64,000 bases of DNA from a virus. The notes below the pieces were generated by a model. It ran no database searches. It saw nothing but the letters and a program-made list of their open reading frames with translations, and had not been told where the DNA came from. Both the position numbers and the translations under genes were made by a program. Of the stretch, positions 1-9,507 are shown piece by piece. The stretch's first letter is position 1. Every line of letters begins with the position of its first letter. Location: positions 121,565-185,564 of IMG/VR virus record IMGVR_UViG_3300003690_003472. The stretch is one strand, 5' to 3'.

Positions 1-2
1 AA

Positions 3-167
3 GATCCAAAGGCACACGCTGCAGAAATTCCCATTACAGTGGATCATTTTGCGCGCGGCGCCGGGGGGCACGACGCGCGCGGTGCCGGGGCATATGGAGA
101 AGAGACCGACTGGGAAGAAACTGGTATTCCTGAACGTTGGAAGAAATATTTTTCCAAACAACAATAA
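3..167 (+). CDS. 3' end of a gene running in from the left edge (…ARGAGGHDARGAGAYGEETDWEETGIPERWKKYFSKQQ*)
   Basis: Frame open from base 3 to TAA 165-167; contains a 24-nt-period ARGAG duplication. Confidence 0.6.
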   Translation, partial: DPKAHAAEIPITVDHFARGAGGHDARGAGAYGEETDWEETGIPERWKKYFSKQQ

Positions 168-226
168 GATATATATCTTAAATTAAATTTTTTAATCTTT
201 CTATTTATAAAGAGAGGAAAAAGTAA

Positions 227-1624
227 ATGGCTTTTATTGATCCACCACCAGAAGGTTCTAACGAAATAACAAATCCAGATTTATTTAGAGAGCGCCTCCT
301 GTATAAGCAACAAACATTTTTACGACCCACAAAAACTTCGTATGATCCAGTTCCGATTGATATGATTCATGAAAAACCTTTTTATGGAAAAGTTGATATA
401 TATGGAAATACCGTTTATCCTTCTGAGGGGGGCCGATATCGTGGCATGAAGCAATTACCTGGCCCGGGCCTTATATTGGTACACGATTTTGTGGCCTATC
501 AGTTTAAACAGCTTAAGAATTTTTTACTTCCCTCTCTCCTCTCCAAAGAACGCGTTCTTTCTAGCATGTTCGGTGATTATGTTCCAAAATCTGCTACTAT
601 AAATTTTCATCAACTTTATCAAAAACATTTCAAAACAGAAGTTTATCCTGTTTTTGCCAACGATTATATAACTAGGCCCGAAATTAATAGAAATATTAAA
701 ACTTTTGATGACTTGGTGGATAAGTTTGTTAAATTTTCCATTGTAATGAGAGATCATTTTCCAATAACAAAGACTGCATTTATCATGTCTCCTTCTTGTC
801 CTAATGCAGTTAGTGGGTTAATAATTAACCTACGTAACAAATTGGCAGCTGATGATGATGGTCTTAAATATGAACAATTTATTTCAGATCCATGTTTTCG
901 TAAATATGTAAGGGTTGTATCATCTTATGGTTTTTATGTTGACAAAAATGTCCCATGGCGCATTGTAGCCAATTTAGATCATCCATCTTGGGAATCAGCA
1001 TATGCTTCAGTAGGATCAACCGGCCTTGTTGATAATCACATATTTTCTGAATATTTTTACAAATCTGAATATTTTTCATATGAAACACTTAAGTCAAATT
1101 TGTGGTGGATTTATTTGAAATTATCTAGAAACCCAGACACAGAAGATTGGGGACACACATATGTCACAAAAAATTGTATGAGAGCTTTATGGTCGGATGC
1201 TGCTAGTCATAATTTTAAAACAATTACCGCCCGGGGTAAGAGAAAGCCAATATCCGAAAATTATGACACTTTTCAAGAAACGTACCCAGATGCCTTCTTT
1301 TTACCTATTTACCTTAAAATAAGAGCTAGTGAAAGCAGACTTAGATGGAAACCTCGTACCTTTCGTTCAACTTTGAAAAGGGTTTTACATGTTTATGACA
1401 CACGAGGCATCACAAAAGCTCTTGAATTAATTGGCGATATAACAAAACAATCGAAAGTATATCTTTATAATCCTTTGACAAAAGAGAGTCTAATACGTTA
1501 TTTTGGATTTTCTACAAGTTCGGGCTTGCATTCTTATTTAAGAGATGATATTATACAAATTGACTTAGAAGAACGCGCCGCTGAAATGGCAGAAGAAGAT
1601 AAATTATTAGATGAGATGCTTTAA
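227..1624 (+). CDS. Hypothetical phage protein, 465 aa
   Basis: Long ORF with AGAGG RBS; no motif recognised. Confidence 0.75.
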   Translation: MAFIDPPPEGSNEITNPDLFRERLLYKQQTFLRPTKTSYDPVPIDMIHEKPFYGKVDIYGNTVYPSEGGRYRGMKQLPGPGLILVHDFVAYQFKQLKNFLLPSLLSKERVLSSMFGDYVPKSATINFHQLYQKHFKTEVYPVFANDYITRPEINRNIKTFDDLVDKFVKFSIVMRDHFPITKTAFIMSPSCPNAVSGLIINLRNKLAADDDGLKYEQFISDPCFRKYVRVVSSYGFYVDKNVPWRIVANLDHPSWESAYASVGSTGLVDNHIFSEYFYKSEYFSYETLKSNLWWIYLKLSRNPDTEDWGHTYVTKNCMRALWSDAASHNFKTITARGKRKPISENYDTFQETYPDAFFLPIYLKIRASESRLRWKPRTFRSTLKRVLHVYDTRGITKALELIGDITKQSKVYLYNPLTKESLIRYFGFSTSSGLHSYLRDDIIQIDLEERAAEMAEEDKLLDEML

Positions 1625-1665
1625 ATACATTTTACTAGCGCTGTATACAGTATATTATATTTAAA

Positions 1666-2856
1666 ATGATTTTTCAAACGTTTGATGATAAAAAAAATTG
1701 TTATGCCATTTATGCAAATAATAAGATTTACTCAAAAGGCGCACCCTCACGACTGAACCTAACATCGACTTGGGATTATTCTGAATTTCTGAGAGACAAG
1801 GATATTTTATATGCAAAATATTATTGTGGTGGAAAGCCCCTTTCAGAAATATGCCCAGAACATCTTAAGGGAGAGTGGAAAAGTGTTTTTAATAAATTAA
1901 AAGCCTTTTATAGATCTATTAACGAGACAAAATTAAATTTAAGTGAGCATTGTTTTTATGATATGCTTCCTTCTTATATCTTGTTAGAGTATGGAAAGAT
2001 TAAAAACAAAATTTGTTCTTATATATTTGAAAATTATGAAAAACCATTAGATTATAAATTTAAAGTTGAGCTGACAAAAGTTTTAACTGAAATGAAGAAT
2101 AAAAAGTTGAATATTGATCTCTTGGCTATGAAAAGTCGTCGGCATGAGTTTAAAGTTCGTCAGTTCATTAAGAAAATAAAAGAAACACCACCTTTTGTTG
2201 TTTATGATGCATGCGGCACAAAAACAGGAAGATTGACATCAAAGAAGTTTCCCATATTAACTATGGACAAAAGTTTTCGAAAAATATTAAAACCGAACAA
2301 TAGCTGGTTTTTAGAACTTGACTATAATGCAGCAGAACTTCGTGTGTTGCTTGGCTTATTGGACACAGAACAACCAAAAGAAGATATACATACTTGGAAT
2401 CTACAAAATGTTTATAAAGGAATTGGAACAAGAGAAAAAGCTAAAAAAAGAATATTTGCATGGCTATATAATCCCAAATCAAAAGATTACATTTCTAGTC
2501 GAGTATATAATCGAGAAGAACTTTTAGAAAAGTATTGGGATGGCGAATATGTAAAAACATACTTTAATAGAGAAATCAAAGCAGACGAAAAACATGCCTT
2601 GAATTATATTGTACAATCAACTGCTGCAGATTTGTTTTTGCGCCAAATGATCAAAGTGTGGGAATATTTAAAAGATAAAAAATCTTACATTGCTTTTTGC
2701 TTGCATGATTCTTTGGTGATTGATTTGCACACAGAAGACGAGATGCAAATAAATGACATAAAAGAAATTTTTGAAGATACTGAACTAGGTAAATTTAAAG
2801 TTAATTCGTATGGTGGAAAAAACTTTAAGGATATGAAGAGGTTAAACGTAAAATAG
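1666..2856 (+). CDS. polA: Family A DNA polymerase, minimal (catalytic domain, no evident 3'-5' exonuclease)
   Basis: TGRLTS, motif A LDYNAAELRVL, motif B REKAKKRIFAWLY, motif C LHDSLVID. Confidence 0.85.
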   Translation: MIFQTFDDKKNCYAIYANNKIYSKGAPSRLNLTSTWDYSEFLRDKDILYAKYYCGGKPLSEICPEHLKGEWKSVFNKLKAFYRSINETKLNLSEHCFYDMLPSYILLEYGKIKNKICSYIFENYEKPLDYKFKVELTKVLTEMKNKKLNIDLLAMKSRRHEFKVRQFIKKIKETPPFVVYDACGTKTGRLTSKKFPILTMDKSFRKILKPNNSWFLELDYNAAELRVLLGLLDTEQPKEDIHTWNLQNVYKGIGTREKAKKRIFAWLYNPKSKDYISSRVYNREELLEKYWDGEYVKTYFNREIKADEKHALNYIVQSTAADLFLRQMIKVWEYLKDKKSYIAFCLHDSLVIDLHTEDEMQINDIKEIFEDTELGKFKVNSYGGKNFKDMKRLNVK

Positions 2857-3722
2857 TGAAAACAATTATTGGACTCGGGCACGCAGGCTGTAGTATTGTG
2901 GACAAGCTCTCATCATATCCACAATACAAAACATATAAAATAGACACTAATTTAGAAAAAGCACCTCGTTGTTATCCTTTTCCTAAATATAATCATCCCG
3001 AAGAATATGAAAAAAAGTGTCCTAGTTTAAAGGGTTTTTTTAAAAGTGTAAAAGGAAATGTGCTGTTCATAACTAGTTGCGGTTTTATATCTGCAGCATC
3101 CTTAAAAATCTTAGAACAAATTAAAGATAAGTGTAATATAAGTGTTTTATATATACAACCTAATAGAACTTTGTTGTCTGAATTAAAATTGTTGAATGAC
3201 AATACAATTTTTCACATTTTACAAGAATATGCTCGTTCTGGCTTGTTTCAAAGGGTTTATTTAGTTAGCAACGTCGAGTTGAGTAAAATTATTGGAGATG
3301 TTCCTCTTAGAGAATACTATGACAAGTTAAATGAATTGATTGCAACAACAATTCATATGATAAATGTTTTCGATAATTCAGACTCAGAGATTAGTACTTT
3401 TACACAACTATTTGATTCTGCTAGAATTTCGACTTTTAGCATAGTTGATTATGAAAAAAATGAAGAAAAAATGTTTTTTGATCTTGACATTCCTCGCGAT
3501 AAGAGATATTATTATGCTGTGCCTGAAACAATACTTCAAACAGACAAAACGTTGTTAAAAAAGATTACAGAACAGCTTAAAAGATTGAAGAAAAATGATA
3601 AAATAAAGGTTAGCTATGGAATCTTTTCAACAAGTTATGAAGATATATACGTTTATGGTCTGTTAAATAGTTCTGTGGTGCAAAATAATAATTTTAGACT
3701 TGACAAAGATCTAGATATATAG
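2856..3722 (+). CDS. Tubulin/FtsZ-family GTPase-like protein (PhuZ-like)
   Basis: N-terminal IIGLGHAGCSI, KIDTN, YIQP and LVSN loops; GGGTGSG signature degenerate (SCGFISAA). Confidence 0.7.
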   Translation: MKTIIGLGHAGCSIVDKLSSYPQYKTYKIDTNLEKAPRCYPFPKYNHPEEYEKKCPSLKGFFKSVKGNVLFITSCGFISAASLKILEQIKDKCNISVLYIQPNRTLLSELKLLNDNTIFHILQEYARSGLFQRVYLVSNVELSKIIGDVPLREYYDKLNELIATTIHMINVFDNSDSEISTFTQLFDSARISTFSIVDYEKNEEKMFFDLDIPRDKRYYYAVPETILQTDKTLLKKITEQLKRLKKNDKIKVSYGIFSTSYEDIYVYGLLNSSVVQNNNFRLDKDLDI

Positions 3723-3789
3723 TAATATATTAACCAGCAACGTGAGAGAGTTATCACGTTGACTATAACAAAAAGGAAAAAAAATAATT

Positions 3790-4548
3790 ATGTCAATTGA
3801 TATGAAAAAAATGCGAGAGCGCAAAATCTCTCTAGACAACAAAGGTAATGGAAACAATCGTTTCTGGCGCCCTCAAGACGGTGAACAAACTATTCGAATT
3901 GTTCCCACTTCAGACGGTGATCCTTTCAAGGATTACTGGTTCCATTATAATGTAGGAGACAATCCCGGCTTTTTAAGTCCCAAAAGAAATTTTGGAGAAG
4001 ATTGCCCTTTGGATTCTTTTGTTCGCAACCTTTGGAAGGAAGGAACTGAAGACAGCAAGCGCATGGCAAAAAAGCTTTCTGCACGTCAACGCTTTTTCGC
4101 GCCCGTATTAGTACGCGGCGAAGAAGATCAAGGTGTACGTGTTTGGGGTTTTGGCAAACAAGTTTATGAAAAGCTTCTTAATCTTGTTCTAAATCCGGAA
4201 TATGGAGATATTACAGACGCCGAAGCGGGTACAGATCTTGTGCTTACATATGGAAAGCCAGCAGGAGCAAGTTTTCCTGTAACGCAACTTACTCCGCGCC
4301 GACGAAGTTCCCCGCTTTGTTCTGATGGCCCCGAAAAGTGTACTGAATATTTGGACAACATTCCAGATTTTGAGGAGCTTTTTGCAGGTAGTCGTAAGAC
4401 TTTTGAAGAGGTTCAAAATATGCTGGACGAGTTTCTTCTTGGAGATGTAAATCCAGAAGAGAACTCTAGTGAAACTACCAAATATGGAAAAGGTGATGAA
4501 CCAGCCAGTTCGGTTGATAAGGCTTTTGAAGACCTTCTAGGTAGTTGA
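3790..4548 (+). CDS. Single-stranded DNA-binding protein, T4 gp32-like
   Basis: RFWRP..IRIVP..WFHY..DCPL..ARQRFFAPVLVRGEE..WGFGK pattern, acidic C-tail, next to recA. Confidence 0.85.
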   Translation: MSIDMKKMRERKISLDNKGNGNNRFWRPQDGEQTIRIVPTSDGDPFKDYWFHYNVGDNPGFLSPKRNFGEDCPLDSFVRNLWKEGTEDSKRMAKKLSARQRFFAPVLVRGEEDQGVRVWGFGKQVYEKLLNLVLNPEYGDITDAEAGTDLVLTYGKPAGASFPVTQLTPRRRSSPLCSDGPEKCTEYLDNIPDFEELFAGSRKTFEEVQNMLDEFLLGDVNPEENSSETTKYGKGDEPASSVDKAFEDLLGS

Positions 4549-4601
4549 ATTTATGGGGAGTCATTGACTCCCCATTTTTAATTTTAACAAAAGGGGAAAA
4601 C

Positions 4602-5705
4602 ATGGCGAGAGCTAAAACAAAAACAGGAAAACTTTCTATAGCTGATATGAGGCAGCTTATTAATAAAAAAGCTGGCATGAATGTTGCGCATAATTTAAAT
4701 GACGATAGCCCAACAATTGTAAAAGATTGGATATCAACTGGTTCGCGTTGGCTTGATTCAATTATTTGTCGAGGAAAATTAGCGGGAATTCCAGTAGGAA
4801 AAATTGTCGAGATTGCCGGTCTTGAATCAACAGGAAAATCATTTTTAGGTGCTCAAGTAGCAGCAAACGCACAACAGCGGGGAATCGATGTTGTTTATTT
4901 CGATTCAGAATCTGCAATTGATCCAAACTTTTTAGAAAAAGCTGGCTGTAACGTTGATGATCTTTTATATGTTCAAGCAACATCTGTAGAGTTTGTATTA
5001 GAAACGATTGAAGAATTGCTTGGTTCAAATGAAAACCGAATGCTCTTCATCTGGGATTCATTAGCACTAACACCAGCAATTTCAGATATTGAGGGAGATT
5101 TTAATCCTCTTTCTTCGATGGCAGTTAAAGCACGAATTCTTGCAAAAGGAATGTCAAAGCTAACAGTTCCAATTGCAAATAGCCAATCAACATTTCTGGT
5201 ATTAAACCAACTTAAAACAAACATCACTAGGAGCCCTTCAGAGGCTCTTACAACGCCCTTTATGACTCCCGGGGGTAAAGCCATGATTTACGCTTATTCG
5301 TTGCGTATATGGCTCACAGGGCGCAAAGCAAAGGCTTCTTTTGTTACGGATGACAAAGGCTTTAGAATTGGCTCCGAAGTCAAAGTAAAACTAGAGAAAA
5401 GTCGCTTTGGAACACAAGGACGACAATGTAATTTTAAGATTTTATGGGGAGATGAAGTAGGTGTACAAGACGAAGAAAGCTGGTTGGATGCGATCAAAAG
5501 TTCACAACATTTATCAAACAGTGGTGCATGGTTTGCGCTTAATTATAGTGATGGCACGTCCGACAAATTTCAAAGTTCGGGTTGGAAAGAGAAACTTGAA
5601 GAACCTAAATTTAAACAAAGAGTTCTAGAAATTATGGATGAAGAAATTATTATGAAGTTTGATAAAAGAATTGGCGATGCTGAAAGTTTTTATGAAGAGG
5701 AATAA
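4602..5705 (+). CDS. recA: RecA/UvsX recombinase
   Basis: ISTGSRWLD, Walker A GLESTGKS, FIWDSLA, LNQLK, TPGGKA, KSRFG; start moved to ATG 4602 after GGGG RBS. Confidence 0.95.
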   Translation: MARAKTKTGKLSIADMRQLINKKAGMNVAHNLNDDSPTIVKDWISTGSRWLDSIICRGKLAGIPVGKIVEIAGLESTGKSFLGAQVAANAQQRGIDVVYFDSESAIDPNFLEKAGCNVDDLLYVQATSVEFVLETIEELLGSNENRMLFIWDSLALTPAISDIEGDFNPLSSMAVKARILAKGMSKLTVPIANSQSTFLVLNQLKTNITRSPSEALTTPFMTPGGKAMIYAYSLRIWLTGRKAKASFVTDDKGFRIGSEVKVKLEKSRFGTQGRQCNFKILWGDEVGVQDEESWLDAIKSSQHLSNSGAWFALNYSDGTSDKFQSSGWKEKLEEPKFKQRVLEIMDEEIIMKFDKRIGDAESFYEEE

Positions 5706-5749
5706 TACTCTTTTAAATACTATTTAATATAGTTAAGGGAGATCATTCC

Positions 5750-5974
5750 ATGAAAATTACCAAAACTAAATTACAACAAATTATCAAAGAAGAGCTAGAG
5801 GATGAATGGTTGCATGATCCGGAAGCAGAAAAAGATGCAAAAATTAAATGGCTCGAAGAGCGCGTCGGAGAGCTTTTCGAAAGAGTTGTTGGCCTAGAGC
5901 AAGAAGCTGGTATCGAATGGCGCGGCGGGGGCCGCCTGCCGCCGCCTGGCGGATGGCGCGGAGGCGGTGAATAA
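5750..5974 (+). CDS. Small protein with MKITKTKLQQIIKEE leader
   Basis: Shared leader; ACTATTTA motif and GGAG RBS upstream. Confidence 0.7.
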   Translation: MKITKTKLQQIIKEELEDEWLHDPEAEKDAKIKWLEERVGELFERVVGLEQEAGIEWRGGGRLPPPGGWRGGGE

Positions 5975-5975
5975 T

Positions 5976-6392
5976 ATGAAACTTACCAGAACACAACTTA
6001 CACAACTTATTAAAGAAGAGATTGTTCAAGCAATAAAAGAAGGTGACGTCGTTCAGGGCCCATGGGGAAAGACCGAAGAAGATCCTGGCATTGTTGGAGG
6101 AGAAGAACTTCCGGAAGAATATCAATATGAATATGTTTTAGATGAATTGGTTAATGCAGCTAGAGATGGTATAATGCCTATTGCCATAGATAAGCTTAAG
6201 GCAGCAAACGCATACCGCGAGGGATCCCGGTCTAATACACCGGGCGACATACGCATAGATGCTCCTGGCTTTACTTATAATGATATTGAACTAGAAATTG
6301 AAGAGCCTCTATTAGATGCCCTTAAGCCACTAGCTAAATTAATTCAAGCTAAAACGGATCGCGCGTCGGAGGACAACGACGATGACTGGTAA
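5976..6392 (+). CDS. Acidic protein with MKLTRTQLTQLIKEE leader
   Basis: Shared leader; ORF. Confidence 0.75.
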   Translation: MKLTRTQLTQLIKEEIVQAIKEGDVVQGPWGKTEEDPGIVGGEELPEEYQYEYVLDELVNAARDGIMPIAIDKLKAANAYREGSRSNTPGDIRIDAPGFTYNDIELEIEEPLLDALKPLAKLIQAKTDRASEDNDDDW

Positions 6393-6400
6393 ACAATAAT

Positions 6401-6616
6401 ATGAAGCTAACCAAGACAAAACTTAAAGAAATTATTAAAGAAGAAATAGAGAACATTTTAGATGAAGCAGAAGAAGGCAATGTTTATGCCATATGTACAG
6501 CTTCAATAGCAAAAACTGCTGGCACCTCGGAAAGAAGCAAGTGGTCAAAAGCAGATCTCGCGCGTTATGAGAAGTGTGTTAAAGGCGTTGCTAAAGAGCC
6601 TGGAATGCACAAATAA
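6401..6616 (+). CDS. Small protein with MKLTKTKLKEIIKEE leader
   Basis: Shared leader; YAICTAS…YEKCV. Confidence 0.75.
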   Translation: MKLTKTKLKEIIKEEIENILDEAEEGNVYAICTASIAKTAGTSERSKWSKADLARYEKCVKGVAKEPGMHK

Positions 6617-6657
6617 AACCCTTGACATTCCTTTTATAATTTGATATTATAACACCA

Positions 6658-7062
6658 ATGGCAGTCTATATTCCAAGTAACAAAACAAAAAAGTTTCTAG
6701 ATTTAGCTGGCAATGTTGCCAATCAGGGCGGTTATCCACGTTTTAAACATGGAGCAGCCTTAGTTAAAGGATCATCTGTTATCAACACTGCATATAATAA
6801 AAATGGTTATTGCAGTTTTGGTGCACGATTCTACGAAGGCAACCCAAACAACGTCACACTTCACGCAGAACTGGCCTCAATTCTAAATATTGAACGCGAA
6901 AACACTGAAAACTCAGTAGTATATGTAGTTCGTGTGAATACCGCTGGCGAATACCGTCTAAGTAAACCATGCAAAATGTGCGAAAGTGCCATGAGATTTT
7001 GTGGTATCAAGAAAGTGATTTATTCAACAAACGATGGTTTTGAAGTAATGAGGTTAAAATGA
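6658..7062 (+). CDS. Cytidine/deoxycytidylate deaminase-family protein
   Basis: HAE and PCKMC zinc motifs. Confidence 0.85.
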   Translation: MAVYIPSNKTKKFLDLAGNVANQGGYPRFKHGAALVKGSSVINTAYNKNGYCSFGARFYEGNPNNVTLHAELASILNIERENTENSVVYVVRVNTAGEYRLSKPCKMCESAMRFCGIKKVIYSTNDGFEVMRLK

Positions 7063-8012
7063 AAAGAGTAATGATTATTGATGCTCTCAATCAATTTTTG
7101 AGAGCGTATATTGTAAACCCAACTTTGTCTCCAAATGGAAATCCAATTGGCGGCACAGTTGGTTTTCTTAAAATTTTACAGAAACTTTGTCGAGAAGTTA
7201 AACCTGATAGAATTGTTATTTGTTGGGATGGTCAAGGGGGCAGCAGAAAGCGCAAACTTGTAAATAAAAACTACAAGGAAGGCCGCAAGCCCATTCGCTT
7301 AAATCGCGATATTAAAAATCTTACAGAAGATCAGGAGCTTCAAAATAAAGCTTGGCAACAATTACAATTAATTAAGTACTTGAATAACTTTCCGATTACT
7401 CAATTGATGTTTGATGAAGTAGAAGCAGATGATGTTATTTCTTTCGTTGCACAAATGCCATATTTTTCTGGTTGGCAGAAAATAATTGTTTCAAGCGATA
7501 AAGATTTTTTTCAATTACTCGATGATGAAACTATTATTTATCGTCCAACTCAGCATGAAGTACTAAACAAAAACATGATTGTAGAAAAGTTTGGGATTCA
7601 TCCAACCAATTTCGCATTGGCACGTGCAATAGTCGGAGATAAAAGCGACAATCTCGAAGGCGTTAAAGGCGTTGGCTTACCAACGGTCGCAAATCGTCTT
7701 CCTTTCTTATCAGAAGAAAAATCTTATACAATTCAAGAAGTTAAAGAATTCTGCGAAAGTGCCAATTCACCCTTGAAAGCTTATCAAAGCATTATAGAAA
7801 ACCAAAAAGTAATTAAAGAAAACTATAAATTAATGCAACTATATAGTCCTAGCATTTCAATACAAAATAAACAAAAAATCAAATATATTGTTGAAGAAAC
7901 TGAGTTAACATTTAACAAAACTTCTACAGATGGCATGATGCTAGAAGATGGAATTGGAAAAACTAGTTGGCTAGATTTATATATAGCTTTTAAAAAGATT
8001 GCAGCAAAATAA
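7059..8012 (+). CDS. 5'-3' exonuclease / RNase H (PolI N-terminal, T4 rnh-like)
   Basis: MIIDALN, CWDG, YKEGR, EADDVI, SSDKDFFQL, GDKSDNLEGVKGVG. Confidence 0.92.
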   Translation: MKRVMIIDALNQFLRAYIVNPTLSPNGNPIGGTVGFLKILQKLCREVKPDRIVICWDGQGGSRKRKLVNKNYKEGRKPIRLNRDIKNLTEDQELQNKAWQQLQLIKYLNNFPITQLMFDEVEADDVISFVAQMPYFSGWQKIIVSSDKDFFQLLDDETIIYRPTQHEVLNKNMIVEKFGIHPTNFALARAIVGDKSDNLEGVKGVGLPTVANRLPFLSEEKSYTIQEVKEFCESANSPLKAYQSIIENQKVIKENYKLMQLYSPSISIQNKQKIKYIVEETELTFNKTSTDGMMLEDGIGKTSWLDLYIAFKKIAAK

Positions 8013-8086
8013 AACTTTTCACAATTCAGCAATTAAGTTGACCTTTAAAGAAAAGTGTGACATAATATATTGGAGGTAAATAAAAA

Positions 8087-8881
8087 ATGAAAGAATTAGA
8101 TATTTCTAGATTAGAAGGCAAAAAACTATTTGTTGCAACACCAATGTATGGTAATCAATGCAATGGAGGATATATGCAATCTTGCATGCGTTTACAAAAA
8201 ATGTGTTTTGAATTAAACGTTCCAATAGAACTTTATATTGTTTTTAATGAAAGTTTAGTAACACGCGCAAGAAATATATGTGTACATGAATTTTTAAAAA
8301 CAGACTACACACATATGATGTTTATTGATTCTGATATTGTTTTTGATCCCATTGATGCATTAAAACTATTGGCATATGATCGTGACATTATATGCGGTGC
8401 TTACTCTAAAAAAACAATCAGATGGGACAGGGCACTACAAGCTCTTTCTACCGGTGATTTAAATCTTGGTTCTAGTGCTTCTGAAGTAGAGAGCTTTACT
8501 GGAGATTTTATTTTTGATCCTTCTAATAGGGGCAGAATGTCTCTTTATAATCCAATAGAGGTCACAGATACAGGAACTGGTTTTATGATGATTAGAAGAG
8601 ACTGTTTTGAAAAGTTCGAAAAGGCCTATCCTGAATTAAAATATATTTCCGACTCATCAGGAGATAATGAAGTATATTATAAAAAAGAAATGGTGGCCTA
8701 TTTTGATACTGTGATTGATGCTGATTCAAAACGATATCTCTCAGAAGATTACATGTTTTGTAGATATGCAAAAAAAATAGGATTAAAAGTATGGCTATGT
8801 CCATGGGTAAAACTACAACACATTGGAAACTATACGTACAAAGGAAATTTTCTTTCTACAATAAAGCTACTTACGAGCTAG
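8087..8881 (+). CDS. GT-A fold glycosyltransferase-like protein
   Basis: FVATPMY, SLVTRARN, FIDSD (DxD), GTGFMMI, LSEDYMFC. Confidence 0.8.
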   Translation: MKELDISRLEGKKLFVATPMYGNQCNGGYMQSCMRLQKMCFELNVPIELYIVFNESLVTRARNICVHEFLKTDYTHMMFIDSDIVFDPIDALKLLAYDRDIICGAYSKKTIRWDRALQALSTGDLNLGSSASEVESFTGDFIFDPSNRGRMSLYNPIEVTDTGTGFMMIRRDCFEKFEKAYPELKYISDSSGDNEVYYKKEMVAYFDTVIDADSKRYLSEDYMFCRYAKKIGLKVWLCPWVKLQHIGNYTYKGNFLSTIKLLTS

Positions 8882-8900
8882 CATAAAAGGATATATTAAA

Positions 8901-9125
8901 ATGAACGACGAAGTAAAAGAAATATTAATTGACCTAATCGATTATTATAATAACACAGGAACAGAAGATGATCCCGGCTTTGGGGTGTTTGAGAATATTG
9001 CGCAACGCGCATCAAAAGCATTAGAAAAATACGCACAAAGCAAAAGGTTTAATTCTGCTGACGTTGATCCATATGCCATAGATGTCGTGGGATATAGAAA
9101 AACTAAACACGAAAATGATTTATAA
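8901..9125 (+). CDS. Hypothetical protein
   Basis: ORF with AAGGA RBS. Confidence 0.6.
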   Translation: MNDEVKEILIDLIDYYNNTGTEDDPGFGVFENIAQRASKALEKYAQSKRFNSADVDPYAIDVVGYRKTKHENDL

Positions 9126-9367
9126 TGATGAGAATATTTTTAATTTTATTGTTTTTAACGGGATGTACTGTACACATTGAGGAAGAACATGTTCTTTGTG
9201 GATACTATGAAACGCCTTATTATGAAACGCCCTATGCTTGTGATCACCAATGTTGTGCTTGGCATGTTGATGATATCTATTTTTACAGCGAGTGTGCTGA
9301 AATTTGGTGTTATAATGAATATGCCTGCGCATGGCAACTTTATGATTATTCTTGTTATCCAATTTAA
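9125..9367 (+). CDS. Small Cys-rich putative lipoprotein
   Basis: Signal peptide with lipobox FLTGC; several further Cys. Confidence 0.6.
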   Translation: MMRIFLILLFLTGCTVHIEEEHVLCGYYETPYYETPYACDHQCCAWHVDDIYFYSECAEIWCYNEYACAWQLYDYSCYPI

Positions 9368-9412
9368 GGATTGACATATGTTATCATTGGTGATATAGTG
9401 TATAGAGTATTT

Positions 9413-9497
9413 GGCCGAATGGCGGAATTGGTAGACGCAACGGACTTAAAATCCGTTATCCGTAACGGGTGTGGGGGTTCAAGTCCCTCTTCGGCTA
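9413..9497 (+). tRNA. tRNA-Leu(UAA)
   Basis: Cloverleaf: GGCCGAA/TTCGGCT, anticodon arm ACGGA-CTTAAAA-TCCGT, long variable arm, GGGGG-TTCAAGT-CCCTC; CCA not encoded. Confidence 0.95.
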
Positions 9498-9507
9498 CAT
9501 AAAATAT

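Noticed and set aside
5918-5970. GC-rich GGCGG repeats as a mobile-element end or REP
   Set aside because: Explained as the Gly/Pro/Arg-rich C-terminus of the 5750 ORF; no partner copy found
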